Positions 10,369 through 20,975 of a stretch of 64,000 nt of DNA are shown here, piece by piece. The position numbers and the translations under genes were made by a program. How positions within the stretch are numbered: the stretch's first letter is position 1; each line of letters starts with the position of its first letter. Source of the stretch: Promethearchaeota archaeon (GTDB lineage Archaea > Asgardarchaeota > Lokiarchaeia > Sigyniarchaeales > SOKP01); assembly GCA_048940645.1 (NCBI GenBank), contig JBHLOI010000004.1:1-64000 (forward strand), given 5' to 3'. The notes below the pieces were generated by a model. It had not been told where the DNA came from. It searched no databases and was given only the letters and a program-made list of their open reading frames with translations.

Positions 10369-11139
10369 GTGATTGTTATTTTAATAGATGTTCATTGTCA
10401 TGCTAATCTCTACTTAACACTTGAAGATATTATCAAAGAGGCTTTAGATTCAGGGATAAAGAAAATAATAGCAGTTGCGATGAGTGCGTTGAGCCAAGAA
10501 AGTATTGTGAATATTTCAAATCGATTTGATATTATTTACCCTGCACTTGGTATACACCCAGAAGAGGTAAGAATGAATAAAAATATTGAAAATAAATTAG
10601 ATTTAATAATAGATTATATTAAACTAAATAAAGAAAAGCTTTGTGCAATAGGAGAAATTGGATTAGATCACCATTTCATTAAAAATGAAGAACTTTATCC
10701 GTTACAAAAGAAAATATTTGAACAGATGTTACAACTAGCTCAAGATCTAAAATTGCCAGTAAATATCCACACAAAGGGTGCTGAAAAAATTGTATTTGAT
10801 ATACTTCCATCATATCAGATTCCTAATGTCAATATACATTGGTATTCAGGTCCTGAAGATATTTTAAAACTAGGAATTGAAAGAGGTTATTACTTCTCAA
10901 TAACTCCTGCTGTATTTTATTCTCCCGCAGTTAAAAAAACAGTAATGATGGTTGATTTAAAGCATTTGCTTTTAGAGAGTGATGGACCTGTCGAATACAG
11001 GGGTAAAACTGGAACCCCGGCAATGATTAGAAATTCCCTTAACTCTATTGCAAAAATAAAAAACATACCAGCTAAACAACTGGAAGAACAAATACTTATT
11101 AACACAAAAATGATTTTTCCGAAAATTTTTGATAATTAA
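10369..11139 (+). CDS. tatD: TatD family hydrolase/nuclease
   Basis: IDVHCH, GIHP, AIGEIGLD, NIH, HWY and LLLESDGP motifs; true start possibly ATT at 10378. Confidence 0.92.
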   Translation: MIVILIDVHCHANLYLTLEDIIKEALDSGIKKIIAVAMSALSQESIVNISNRFDIIYPALGIHPEEVRMNKNIENKLDLIIDYIKLNKEKLCAIGEIGLDHHFIKNEELYPLQKKIFEQMLQLAQDLKLPVNIHTKGAEKIVFDILPSYQIPNVNIHWYSGPEDILKLGIERGYYFSITPAVFYSPAVKKTVMMVDLKHLLLESDGPVEYRGKTGTPAMIRNSLNSIAKIKNIPAKQLEEQILINTKMIFPKIFDN

Positions 11140-12152
11140 GAATCTAAATATTTTTCAAGAAGAATTTCAACTTCTGAAGGAAATTTTTCCCCCCTCTTTT
11201 TCATTCGGTACAGCATATCTTTAACTTCTGAAATGGTATTTCCATATATATGTAAAGAGTTGCTAAAATCTAAATAGTGACCCATTTCTACACCAAGTTC
11301 ATTAGCTATAAATTTTTGAATTCTTATCATTCCATTTACATTAGCCTCCCATGCTCTAAATAGATCTCTACTTCTCCAAGTTGTTTGCATCAAAAGCTTT
11401 CCATCCTTTATTCGCATATAAATTCTTTGAAGACAAGGAGGATCAATATGAAATGGATCTACGAGAGGTCTCCAGGTAATTGCTTGAGCTCTACGTGAAT
11501 ATGGTTTTTTTCTCAATTTTTGAATGATGTATTCAATCTGATTGATTCGTGGAAAATTTAGAACACCAATTGGTATTTTTTCTACTCCAACTTGGTCAGA
11601 AATCTTTTTATCTAACTTAAAATCAACAAGATTTTTTAGTTTCCATATATTAGAATCAGGGGTTTTTACAATTTTATCAGCCTTAATTAATTTTTTATGT
11701 GTTCTAACAAAATCATTATTAACAATATCTAAATCATAATCAACATGTATAGTGTCTTCAAGGGAAAAGGGAGTATAATTAAAGATTCTATCATGGTAAG
11801 AATAAGGAAAACTTACATCTGATTCCCAGATATAATGATCATTTACCCCCTCCAAAATCTCTTCTATATACCCACTCTGTATTGATCCGATTAAGTATGT
11901 ATCAGCTATACAACCATAAACTTCATATGATTTTCCATATTTTGTCTTAATTTTCATTATTTTATCTTTTCTCATAATTGGATCTTTCATTGGATCCTTA
12001 ATCTCTACCAATACCGTTGCATCTTTTGATGGAAGATCCTTCGCCTTATCATATTCTGTTTTAATATCATCTCCATTAAACAGGACTTGAGTTAAGGCAG
12101 AAAGCCAAGCATCACGTACATTTTCTTTTGAAATAAAAAATACTCGAGCCAT
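11136..12152 (-). CDS. thyA: Thymidylate synthase (archaeal ThyA type) with internal insertion
   Basis: SRRAQAITW, PPCL (catalytic Cys), WRSRD and SLHIY motifs. Confidence 0.85.
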   Translation of the reverse strand: MARVFFISKENVRDAWLSALTQVLFNGDDIKTEYDKAKDLPSKDATVLVEIKDPMKDPIMRKDKIMKIKTKYGKSYEVYGCIADTYLIGSIQSGYIEEILEGVNDHYIWESDVSFPYSYHDRIFNYTPFSLEDTIHVDYDLDIVNNDFVRTHKKLIKADKIVKTPDSNIWKLKNLVDFKLDKKISDQVGVEKIPIGVLNFPRINQIEYIIQKLRKKPYSRRAQAITWRPLVDPFHIDPPCLQRIYMRIKDGKLLMQTTWRSRDLFRAWEANVNGMIRIQKFIANELGVEMGHYLDFSNSLHIYGNTISEVKDMLYRMKKRGEKFPSEVEILLEKYLDS

Positions 12153-12351
12153 TTCAAAACCTCTTCAATTACATTTAACTATTCATCTTCTATAATTTTA
12201 TAATCTACTTGTTAAAAATTTAATAAAAATTCCTAATATTTTATGAATACTTTTCTTGTTTAAATGATAAGACTTGGATAAATTTGTATTAAATTAAATT
12301 TAAAAGGCTCGAGTTTATTTTTTAGTTACTAAATCAATCACGTGAGTTAAA

Positions 12352-12558
12352 TTGGGAGGTTTTGGTAAAAAGTTAAAGAAGGGTTTAGCAAAAGTATCAG
12401 GCGGCATAGTTGAAGATATAACTGGTAGTGAAGCCGTTGGAAAAGGAGTTGAAAAAGGGGTAAAGAAAGGGAGTGTTAAAAAAGGGATAAAGAAAACAAT
12501 AAAAGAAGGAAAAGAAGAAATCGGTGATAATGTAAAAGATACATTGGAAGATGTTTAA
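12352..12558 (+). CDS. Small Gly/Lys-rich low-complexity protein
   Basis: 68 aa with TTG start; purine-rich coding-like composition; repeated (K)G(V/I)(E/K)K units; T-rich tract downstream. Confidence 0.55.
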   Translation: MGGFGKKLKKGLAKVSGGIVEDITGSEAVGKGVEKGVKKGSVKKGIKKTIKEGKEEIGDNVKDTLEDV

Positions 12559-12659
12559 TATTTAAAAATTCTATTTTTATTTTTTATTTTCATTAAAAAT
12601 TTATAATTTTAATTATTTTAAATTCTTAAGATTTAGTCAATTTAATAAGGTAAGATTAT

Positions 12660-12953
12660 ATGATTTCATTAAGTCTTCGCTTTGAACCTCCATTTAATGA
12701 GGTTACTAAAAAAACTAACGAAATTGTTAAGATTGAGAAAGAACTTACTTTAAAAGAATTATTAGAATACTTTTATAAAAAATATGGGGAAAAATTCAAA
12801 GATCTCCTATGGGATAAAAAAAAACCCGAAGAGTTTAGCTCATTCTTATCAATAATTATTAATGGTAAGAGTTATCGTCATGACAAATTTCTTGATACTA
12901 TTTTGAAAGATGGAGATGACATAGCTTTTTTATATCTCTATTTTGGTGGGTAA
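12660..12953 (+). CDS. MoaD/ThiS/SAMP-type ubiquitin-like protein
   Basis: Beta-grasp pattern IIINGK...LKDGDDIAFL ending in C-terminal GG. Confidence 0.88.
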   Translation: MISLSLRFEPPFNEVTKKTNEIVKIEKELTLKELLEYFYKKYGEKFKDLLWDKKKPEEFSSFLSIIINGKSYRHDKFLDTILKDGDDIAFLYLYFGG

Positions 12954-12964
12954 TTATTACTTTC

Positions 12965-13996
12965 TTATAATAAATAGATTAACCACATTCCAAAACCAGT
13001 TAGAACTGGATTTAAAATATTGTCAGAAATAAATTTTGCAAACATATCAATAAGTAAAAATATAATTGTGGCAGTTACCGCCATCAAAAATATTTTTATT
13101 ATACCTACTGGCATCCAGGTATGATATAAATTCATAATAATTATAACTATCAAAAAGGTAGTTATTCCTCCAGCAATAAATCCTTCTATGGTTTTCTTTG
13201 AATTTTTTCGAAGGGCATGCTTTCCATACTTTTTTCCTATAACACATGCCATAGCATCTGCTCCCGTAGTGATCAAGGCTACAGCAGCAAATATCGGGAA
13301 CGGAGTAAAAATAAAAGGCACAAAAGATAAAACCAAAGGTGTAGAAGCCAAAAAAGTTTCCAACTCTTCTTGTCTCATAGAAAAATACCACTTTCGAGCC
13401 CAATTGGGCAATATATAAAATTTAGTCAAACGAGCAAGATCTGCTATTTGAAACATGAATATAAAACCAAATCCAACTATAATTATAAGCCAATATGAAA
13501 AGCTATAATTATCGAGATTAAGTTTATCTAATATTCCAAAATTATCAAGGATGGTTCCTAAACTCCAAAAAATAAAAATAACTGAGCATGTAAATAGATG
13601 CAATAGTTTCCTTCCATACTCACTTTTTAAGTCATCAGTCCAGTTCCGATTAAATTCTTCGCAATATTTAATATAATCCCTTTCAGCCATGGTTTTTGGA
13701 TTCCTTTTGGAAATTATTGAATTATAAATTAAAATTATAAACCAAATCCCCATTTCAATTAAAAAGATAATTGAAGTAGATAGCCATAAGAAATCTAGAG
13801 TTTCTAAAGGAATTGAGATTGAGTGAAATCGGTACATGAAAGGAAATAATACTCCTGCTATTAGAAATAGCAATCCAACTGTAATTTCATTGGCAACTAA
13901 TCCTTTCTCAACTTTTTGTTTCCAATTTGAAATTATATAAACTAATGTAATGATTGAATATCCTATTAAAATAATGCTTGTTGGTAGATAAAACAT
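12965..13996 (-). CDS. CTP-dependent polyprenol/diacylglycerol kinase (SEC59/DGK1/VTE5 family), paralog 1
   Basis: RKLLHL, ADAMACVIGKKYGK, KKTIEG and SDN motifs; many TM helices. Confidence 0.8.
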   Translation of the reverse strand: MFYLPTSIILIGYSIITLVYIISNWKQKVEKGLVANEITVGLLFLIAGVLFPFMYRFHSISIPLETLDFLWLSTSIIFLIEMGIWFIILIYNSIISKRNPKTMAERDYIKYCEEFNRNWTDDLKSEYGRKLLHLFTCSVIFIFWSLGTILDNFGILDKLNLDNYSFSYWLIIIVGFGFIFMFQIADLARLTKFYILPNWARKWYFSMRQEELETFLASTPLVLSFVPFIFTPFPIFAAVALITTGADAMACVIGKKYGKHALRKNSKKTIEGFIAGGITTFLIVIIIMNLYHTWMPVGIIKIFLMAVTATIIFLLIDMFAKFISDNILNPVLTGFGMWLIYLL

Positions 13997-14059
13997 GTTT
14001 TAATCATTAAAGTTGAATAATTTAAAAATTTTTATAAAAAAATCACTCAAAAAAACCCT

Positions 14060-15157
14060 TTATATAATAATAGTGTAGTAATTCAAATTAAATATGAATC
14101 TTATGAAGAAATAAATAATTGATAATAAAATTGGATTAACCAAGTTATCTGATACATTTATTGGTCTATTTGTTAAAATATCTATAAATATAAATACAAG
14201 AATGAACATAATTGCCCATATCAAGCCCAAAAAAAGAAAAGTTATAAAAAAGGTAGCAATAGACCCCGCTATGGTTCCCTCCCATGTTTTCTTTTTATTA
14301 AACTTTATAGTAGTTCTTCCATATCTTATTCCAATTTGACTCGCGACTAGATCTGCAATGGAGCTGATCCCTAAAATTGAAAAAAAAACCATAGGAGGGC
14401 ATAGAAAAGCTGCAAACATATGGCCAATTCCAAAATATAAATAAGTACCATATCCTTGTTTTTCCTCTTTATTTAGAAAAATTGTACACAAAATGTTAAA
14501 AGGGAAGCTGAAATACTGAGATTTCCTGGTAAATTCATTTATTAACATTAATATAGCAAAACCATAAAAAAAGAAAAATAATAGGTAATAAAACCAGCCA
14601 AGAGCAAATAAAATATTACGAATTTCATTCGGTGTTCCTATAAGTTGTAAGTATAAATAAAGCATATTATTCTCATAGGGGATCATACCTTCATTAGATC
14701 CTGTTGTTAAATAGATAATATAAACCCCAATTAGCCATAAAATAAAAATTCCTATAAAAATTAGAACATGAGGAATTTTGCGATATAAATCGTTTTTTGA
14801 CCTACTTCTTTCTTTAACTTTTTGCTCCATTTTAATTATAAAACTGTTTAGATTCTTTGACTTAAATAAAACTTTATAAGAATATCCTAAAAGAGATGAT
14901 ATTAGTGCAACAAAACCAAAAACTAATATTGGTAATCCTAAAGTTAAAGTCCACAATGGCATCAAATCTAAATGAGAGCTAAGATCTTGAAAAATTAGAA
15001 TTAAGATTAATAATAAATGCATAAAAACAAAGAACAATGCAGCAAACCCTACAATATTATTATATTTTTCTTTTCTATTCGAAAAACCCAAAAATAAAAA
15101 TAAAATTAGGAAATACGAGCTAGCTAAAAAAATGAACCATATAGAAAATTCAATCAT
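14060..15157 (-). CDS. CTP-dependent polyprenol/diacylglycerol kinase (SEC59/DGK1/VTE5 family), paralog 2
   Basis: RKIPH, ADLVASQIGIRYG, KKTWEG and SDNL motifs; many TM helices. Confidence 0.8.
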   Translation of the reverse strand: MIEFSIWFIFLASSYFLILFLFLGFSNRKEKYNNIVGFAALFFVFMHLLLILILIFQDLSSHLDLMPLWTLTLGLPILVFGFVALISSLLGYSYKVLFKSKNLNSFIIKMEQKVKERSRSKNDLYRKIPHVLIFIGIFILWLIGVYIIYLTTGSNEGMIPYENNMLYLYLQLIGTPNEIRNILFALGWFYYLLFFFFYGFAILMLINEFTRKSQYFSFPFNILCTIFLNKEEKQGYGTYLYFGIGHMFAAFLCPPMVFFSILGISSIADLVASQIGIRYGRTTIKFNKKKTWEGTIAGSIATFFITFLFLGLIWAIMFILVFIFIDILTNRPINVSDNLVNPILLSIIYFFIRFIFNLNYYTIII

Positions 15158-15318
15158 AAATCGATCTATATAATTTTAATGTTCTATTAAGTAAATTTAT
15201 TTGAAGAATAATTTAAAACTTTAATATCATTTAACAGAAGTATTTTATTAAATTAAATATAACAAATTGCAAAAGTATAGAAAAAAAATAGCCTTAATTT
15301 TATTTAAGCTGAAAAATC

Positions 15319-15957
15319 TTGAGGATCTACCAAATTTTGAAGAAAAAAATTATTTTAGCCTCAAAATCAATCGACAGATGTGAAATTTTAAAGAGAGCGA
15401 AGATTTCATTTGATACAATAAGTGCTAACATTAATGAGAATGAATTTAAGGATAGGATTAATAATCCAATCCAATTAGTTAAAGAGTTAGCTAAAGCAAA
15501 AGTATTATACGCTAAAAAAAAAGTATTGGAAAAGAATATTGATGCCATAATTATAGGGGCCGACACTATTGTAGAATTCAAAGGAGAAATAATCGGAAAA
15601 GCAAATAACGAAGATCAAGCTTTTCGTATATTAAAGAAATTACAGAATGAATCACATAATTTATTAACAGGATTAGCGATTACTGAAACCTTCTACCAAA
15701 AATTGATAGTTGATTATGAAAATACAGTTGTTTATTTTGCCCATTTATCAGATCAAGAAATTTTGACTTATGTAAAATCAGGTGAATGGAAGGGAAGAGC
15801 TGGAGCATATTCAATTAGAGATAAAGCGAGCTTATTTGTAAAGTCTATCAATGGCTCTTTTTCTAATGTAGTAGGTTTGCCATTATTTAAAATAAATGAA
15901 ATTTTAAATAAGGAATTTAATTTTAATCTATTTGAGAGGAATAAATTTCTTAATTAG
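15319..15957 (+). CDS. maf: Maf family nucleoside triphosphate pyrophosphatase
   Basis: IILASKS..R, IIGADTIV, GRAGAY and NVVGLP motifs. Confidence 0.92.
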   Translation: MRIYQILKKKIILASKSIDRCEILKRAKISFDTISANINENEFKDRINNPIQLVKELAKAKVLYAKKKVLEKNIDAIIIGADTIVEFKGEIIGKANNEDQAFRILKKLQNESHNLLTGLAITETFYQKLIVDYENTVVYFAHLSDQEILTYVKSGEWKGRAGAYSIRDKASLFVKSINGSFSNVVGLPLFKINEILNKEFNFNLFERNKFLN

Positions 15958-16246
15958 ATGATATTTATTATTATTTATCTGAAATTTCATTCCAGATCTT
16001 CAAATTCTCATAAAATTTTAACAATTTTTCGAGTTTTATGCTTACTTGTTCATAATATTCTTGATTAGCATGCCTATTTCTTGCTAATTTTTTTGCCAAT
16101 ACCAAATCATTTCTATATTTCATAATTTTGTCGTCAATCACACATAAATAACTAAAAAAACCATATTTTAAAATAAAAAATATCGTAATATTATCTCCAT
16201 AATATTGAATTAAAGTAGAGAGTTCAAAATGAAAAACATATCTAGT

Positions 16247-17104
16247 TTACTTTTTTAAATTTAATATGTATCTATAAACAGATCCCCACATGTATTCATC
16301 TTCCCTTTCTTTAACTTCAAAATTATTTGTGCCTAACCAGTCTCTCAAGGCATCTTTGGTTTTTTTATCATACAAATCATCGATTTCTCCCATATAAAAA
16401 CCGTCAGTTTTTAACCTTTCTTTTACAATTTTCATTACATCACCTTCTAATTTTATAATATCCTTAGGATCGTCTCTAAGTAGGATGCACATATCATAAA
16501 TCTCAAAAACTTTACGTAATTCTTTAATTGGTCTTGGATGTTCGTCTACTCTTATATCAATATACCTATCAGTCCCACCGTCATATGCTCCTTTTTCTTT
16601 TACTATGAGGATTGCAGCGGATTCCCTTCCTCTTCTGTCTCCTCCTTTTTTTTGACCTGCTTCTAATGCTGCAAATAATTTCTCTACTAAATCATTTTCA
16701 GTATTTTCAAAAGCTTCTGCCATTGCTTTTACAACATCTTCAGAGGCTAATATATTTCCTTGACAAGAGAAATTTTTTCCAATTAAATGACCTGCCCAAT
16801 CGAAACATTTCTTTCCTGTAAACGCTGCAGTATTTCCATAGGAATCTACAATCCCGATTTGCCTTTCTTCCCTCTGTTCATCATCTTTGATTAATTCCTT
16901 AATAGTTTCTTCAGCACTTAAACCTTTTTCAAGTAATGACAAACCTTTAGGACCATAACTTGTATTAGCATATGCTTGTGTAGCTATACCTCCGGCATTA
17001 ACCTTAGCAAAAGGAACGACTGCACCAACCGCAACAAATTTGGATTGAACCGCAACACCCCATTCCTTTTTTTTTGGCTCATAAGCTACTATTGAAAATG
17101 TCAT
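16247..17104 (-). CDS. DUF1028 family Ntn-hydrolase-like protein
   Basis: MTFSIVA, GVAVQS, ATQA, GGDRRG.ESAA and DIRVD.H motifs. Confidence 0.88.
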   Translation of the reverse strand: MTFSIVAYEPKKKEWGVAVQSKFVAVGAVVPFAKVNAGGIATQAYANTSYGPKGLSLLEKGLSAEETIKELIKDDEQREERQIGIVDSYGNTAAFTGKKCFDWAGHLIGKNFSCQGNILASEDVVKAMAEAFENTENDLVEKLFAALEAGQKKGGDRRGRESAAILIVKEKGAYDGGTDRYIDIRVDEHPRPIKELRKVFEIYDMCILLRDDPKDIIKLEGDVMKIVKERLKTDGFYMGEIDDLYDKKTKDALRDWLGTNNFEVKEREDEYMWGSVYRYILNLKK

Positions 17105-17254
17105 ATTAATTAGATTGTTTTAAATATCAAATAAAGTTTTGTTTGGAAAATCAATTTTAATGATTATAGTTAATCTTTCTGTATAGAAAATAGTAAATTC
17201 TTTTATAATTTAAAAACTTAATAAAAAATATTATTTCAAAAGAGATGATAGAAA

Positions 17255-17593
17255 ATGGTAAAGAAACACTATAAAAACGAAGGAATAATGAAATTCTTAA
17301 CAATTATAGGAGCCCTAATAGGAATAGTTTACTTAATACTTCGATTAACTGAAATAGGTACTCGATATCAATTATTTCCAATAGATATTGGCCTTCATTT
17401 TGTCGTAGCAATTATAATTGGCTTTGCGGTCGCAATAATAACACTTTTAGCTGGTATCAAACCAAATAATCCCATTCCTTTTAATTGGATTATGTTATTT
17501 ATCCTAGCAGTATTGATGATTATCTTTGTAGATATCTTAGCAGGTATATTGGTGCTTATAGCCTTTTTAATAGGATTAATCGAAGATTTATAA
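17255..17593 (+). CDS. Small membrane protein
   Basis: 112 aa with 3-4 hydrophobic segments. Confidence 0.7.
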   Translation: MVKKHYKNEGIMKFLTIIGALIGIVYLILRLTEIGTRYQLFPIDIGLHFVVAIIIGFAVAIITLLAGIKPNNPIPFNWIMLFILAVLMIIFVDILAGILVLIAFLIGLIEDL

Positions 17594-17640
17594 CTTGAAA
17601 TATCAAATAAGATTCATATAAAATTTAATTTTTTTAAACT

Positions 17641-18516
17641 CTATTTTTTGGTTTCCGTGTTTGTTAAAAAATACCTTATCATTTCTTCAGCAATATTAAT
17701 GTCTGTCACTTTTTGGAGGGCAGTAAATCCTGGGATTGAATTCACTTCTAATACTAATAAACCTTTTTCACTTTCTATTATATCCACGCCAGCTATTTCA
17801 GTTTTTGTAGTTTGCGCTGCCTTAATAGCCAACTTTTCTAATTTTGTCGTCATTTTTAAAGGTTCCATTGTTGCTCCCGCATGTATATTAGTTTTCCAAT
17901 TATCACTTACTCTGTACATGCCTGCTATGGCTTTATCTCCTAATACCAAGATTCTAATGTCTCTGTTAAAATGTTCGATAAATTCTTGTAAATAAAAAAT
18001 CTCATTTAGACGGCTTAATCCATATATTACATTTTCAGCAAAAGCCCTATCATTTATTCGTGTAACTCCTATTCCTTTAGATCCATAAAGTGGCTTTAAA
18101 ACCATATCTCCACCAAGTTCTTCAAAGGATGCTAGAGCATCATCTGGACTTTCACAGATTATAGTTTTTGGTGTAGGTATATTGTTCTTTTCTAAATAAA
18201 GTGAAGTTAAGAATTTATCACTGGCAATTTCTAATGATTCTCGTGAATTAATTAGTTTAACACCATACCCTTCAATGGCACTTAATAGATCTAATCTAAA
18301 AAATATTTTTTGAGTTGGAGCTGCTCCAAAACCTCTAACTAGAGCTGCTCTAGGCTCAAGATTTTCAAATTCTTTTTGAAACTGCTTAATATTAATTTTT
18401 GCAACAAATTTAGATGGTATAAAATATTGTACTTTATAACCTAGTTTCTTAAATTCTTCTGAAAGAAGTTGTACTTCTGAATCAGCAGGGTTTGGAGTAA
18501 TGATCATTGAATGCAT
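17641..18516 (-). CDS. RimK/MptN family ATP-grasp alpha-L-glutamate ligase
   Basis: DKF, VLKPLYGS.G.GV, YLQEFI, DIR, WKTN, AGVD and EVNS.PG motifs. Confidence 0.88.
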   Translation of the reverse strand: MHSMIITPNPADSEVQLLSEEFKKLGYKVQYFIPSKFVAKINIKQFQKEFENLEPRAALVRGFGAAPTQKIFFRLDLLSAIEGYGVKLINSRESLEIASDKFLTSLYLEKNNIPTPKTIICESPDDALASFEELGGDMVLKPLYGSKGIGVTRINDRAFAENVIYGLSRLNEIFYLQEFIEHFNRDIRILVLGDKAIAGMYRVSDNWKTNIHAGATMEPLKMTTKLEKLAIKAAQTTKTEIAGVDIIESEKGLLVLEVNSIPGFTALQKVTDINIAEEMIRYFLTNTETKK

Positions 18517-18595
18517 TCTAATCCCTTTGAGAAAAAATTACTTAATAGAACTAGCACTAAATAAATAAATAAATTTATTTTATCTTTAAATATAT

Positions 18596-19180
18596 ATGAA
18601 CACAATGGGTTCTATAGATAATGAGAAGGAGACGGAGAAATTAACTAGAATACTTTCAGTACTTCGAAGTATTTACCATAAGAAACAAGAGCAATTAGAA
18701 GAATTGCAGTTAGAAATAAAAGACCTTCATGAAATTATAAATCACTTGAATTCTGTAATTTCTAATCAGTCCTTTACTAGTGCTGATGAAATTTATTCCA
18801 AATTATTGAGTGAGGATTATTTTAAAGAAGGTATATCTGAGGAGAAATTTAAAGGTACAAATATTAAGAGAAAAATCTTTTCAGCTGATGAAGAAGATTT
18901 ACTATGTGTCCTTAATTTCTATGATTTTAAAAGGTTAGAAATTAAATTTATAGACCCTGATATGAGATCTATAAAAGAAACCTCTGAAGATTTTATAAAC
19001 ATCTTCTTAAAAGGTGCATTAATAAAAATTAAAGAACAATATCCAAATTTAAGCGTTAATTATAATTTTTATAAAAATACAGATAAAATAGAGTATATAC
19101 ATATCTCTAATCTAAATTCCATTAAAGATTATGATCTCATTACAGAAAAAATTAGAGAATTATTAGCTAGTCAAGATTAA
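18596..19180 (+). CDS. Hypothetical protein with N-terminal coiled coil
   Basis: Heptad-rich QLEELQLEIKDLHEIINHL segment; SF.SAD linker. Confidence 0.7.
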   Translation: MNTMGSIDNEKETEKLTRILSVLRSIYHKKQEQLEELQLEIKDLHEIINHLNSVISNQSFTSADEIYSKLLSEDYFKEGISEEKFKGTNIKRKIFSADEEDLLCVLNFYDFKRLEIKFIDPDMRSIKETSEDFINIFLKGALIKIKEQYPNLSVNYNFYKNTDKIEYIHISNLNSIKDYDLITEKIRELLASQD

Positions 19181-19254
19181 TTAACCATCATTTTTTGAAA
19201 TGAATACTTTTTTTGAATAAATTTTAAATAATAAAAAAAGAAATAAAATTTAAA

Positions 19255-19977
19255 ATGATTAAAAGAAAAATTTTTTCATTATTTTTACTCTGTTTTATTT
19301 TATTTATAATTTCATTCCAATATATTCCTGTAGCTAAAGGACTTACAGAGAGTTTCACCGATCCTCAAAACGATATTTTTAAAGTAGAACTTGCTACTGG
19401 TAATGTTGAAATAGTAAGTAGCCATGATGAAATTGATATTGTTAATATAGCTCTTGATGGGCAATATACGAATGTAACTTTTGCAGGTAATATAACTGGA
19501 CATGATATGAATTGTAATATTTATTTCTTTGAACATTATAATCCAAATAACGTAATAGTAGAGTATATGATTAATTACTCTAACTTTACGGGAAAGGGAT
19601 TTATTGTGATTTTTATCAAATATACCCTTTCTAATGATACTTATGATCTTGAATTTTGGAATAATACTATTGGGTGGACTTCTTCCAATATTTCTGCTGA
19701 TATTGTTGGAACTTCTTCAGATTATGTAATTGAAGCTACAATTCCTATCTCAGCACTTTTAATTCATGATAATATCACATGGTTCGCTGTTTCTACTTAT
19801 GAAATAGGGAGTTATGGATATTTAGACTGCGCACCAGATTCTTATTGTCAAACCGACGAAACTGGATTACCTATCAATGAAATTATCTTGTTTATAGCAA
19901 TTGCTGCATTTGTTGGAATTGGTGCAATTTATTTATATAAGAAAAGAAAGCCTAAGAAAGATTCTTTTCCATTGTAA
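19255..19977 (+). CDS. Secreted/surface protein with C-terminal membrane anchor
   Basis: Signal-peptide-like N-terminus; DP..D motif; several NxT/S sequons; C-terminal TM followed by KKRKPKK. Confidence 0.75.
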   Translation: MIKRKIFSLFLLCFILFIISFQYIPVAKGLTESFTDPQNDIFKVELATGNVEIVSSHDEIDIVNIALDGQYTNVTFAGNITGHDMNCNIYFFEHYNPNNVIVEYMINYSNFTGKGFIVIFIKYTLSNDTYDLEFWNNTIGWTSSNISADIVGTSSDYVIEATIPISALLIHDNITWFAVSTYEIGSYGYLDCAPDSYCQTDETGLPINEIILFIAIAAFVGIGAIYLYKKRKPKKDSFPL

Positions 19978-20162
19978 ATCTACTTTTTAAATTTAAATTG
20001 TAAACAACTGTGAAATGAAAATCATTAAAAACACTCAATAATTCGTCTAGAATATTTCCAAAAAATTATATTATGATAATATATTGTTTAATAAATATAG
20101 AATAAAATAAATATACAGCAAATTATATTACTTTTAATAAAAAGAAGAGAAGTGGCGCAAGT

Positions 20163-20975
20163 TTGGCAAAAAAAAAGAAATGGCTAATTATGCCAGTGAT
20201 TCACTCAAAATTTAATGATAGTAGTCTAGAAGAACTGCTAATTAATAAATCGAGAGACCTATTAACTAAAGAAAAAGGTTTTGTGCCTTCATTCATTTTT
20301 CTTTCTGGAAGTTTTTTCGATATAAAAGGTTTTGTATATACGGGCCTTCGAGCATGGAAAGGAGCTGTTAAACCTTCCACATCGGATGAAGGTAGAAGAC
20401 CTTTATTAGAAGCTACTTTTGCTTCTTTATCGGTATACTTGAGTTCTCTATTAGCATTACAATCAGATTTTTATTTTGCTTATGATGAGATTAAAGATAT
20501 TCTTTTAGAAAAGCATCGCGAAGATCTCTGGACAATAGTATCTGAAAAATTACCATTCATTTCATTACCACCAAAAGAGATGTATGGGAATCAAGTTTCA
20601 CCTATTTCACCATATTTTGTTATTGAACAAGACGATGAGTTAATATTAGGGGAAATTTACCCCTCAGCATATCTAACTAAAATTATTTCATCAATTAAAA
20701 CAAGATTTTTCGTATTTTTTCAGTATCAAGGATATTCTGCTTTTGGATTTTTTGATTCATTACCTGAACGAACCAATTTTGGGTTTGAAGAAAAAGCAAA
20801 AGATTTTGACAACGACCCTTCAGCTGAAAATCTTGTAAAATATGCCAAAAATGCTAAAAACTTAAAAGAAGTTTTAATAGCATTGATAGAGGCACATAAT
20901 AACGCGTATTTAGAACAATTCTTAATTCCAGATTATGAATTGTTATTAAATAAATTATTGGAAGGTGAAGTATAG
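20163..20975 (+). CDS. Hypothetical protein, translationally coupled to the downstream GTPase
   Basis: 270-aa ORF whose TAG stop overlaps the GTG start of the next gene by 1 nt. Confidence 0.7.
   Translation: MAKKKKWLIMPVIHSKFNDSSLEELLINKSRDLLTKEKGFVPSFIFLSGSFFDIKGFVYTGLRAWKGAVKPSTSDEGRRPLLEATFASLSVYLSSLLALQSDFYFAYDEIKDILLEKHREDLWTIVSEKLPFISLPPKEMYGNQVSPISPYFVIEQDDELILGEIYPSAYLTKIISSIKTRFFVFFQYQGYSAFGFFDSLPERTNFGFEEKAKDFDNDPSAENLVKYAKNAKNLKEVLIALIEAHNNAYLEQFLIPDYELLLNKLLEGEV

Noticed and set aside
11547-11774. Intein in thyA
   Set aside because: No N-terminal Cys/Ser block or His-Asn C-terminus, and too short
15958-16246. Long convergent intergenic region as a possible ncRNA
   Set aside because: AT-rich with only a 6-bp dyad (TTAGCA/TGCTAA); no convincing structure or ORF
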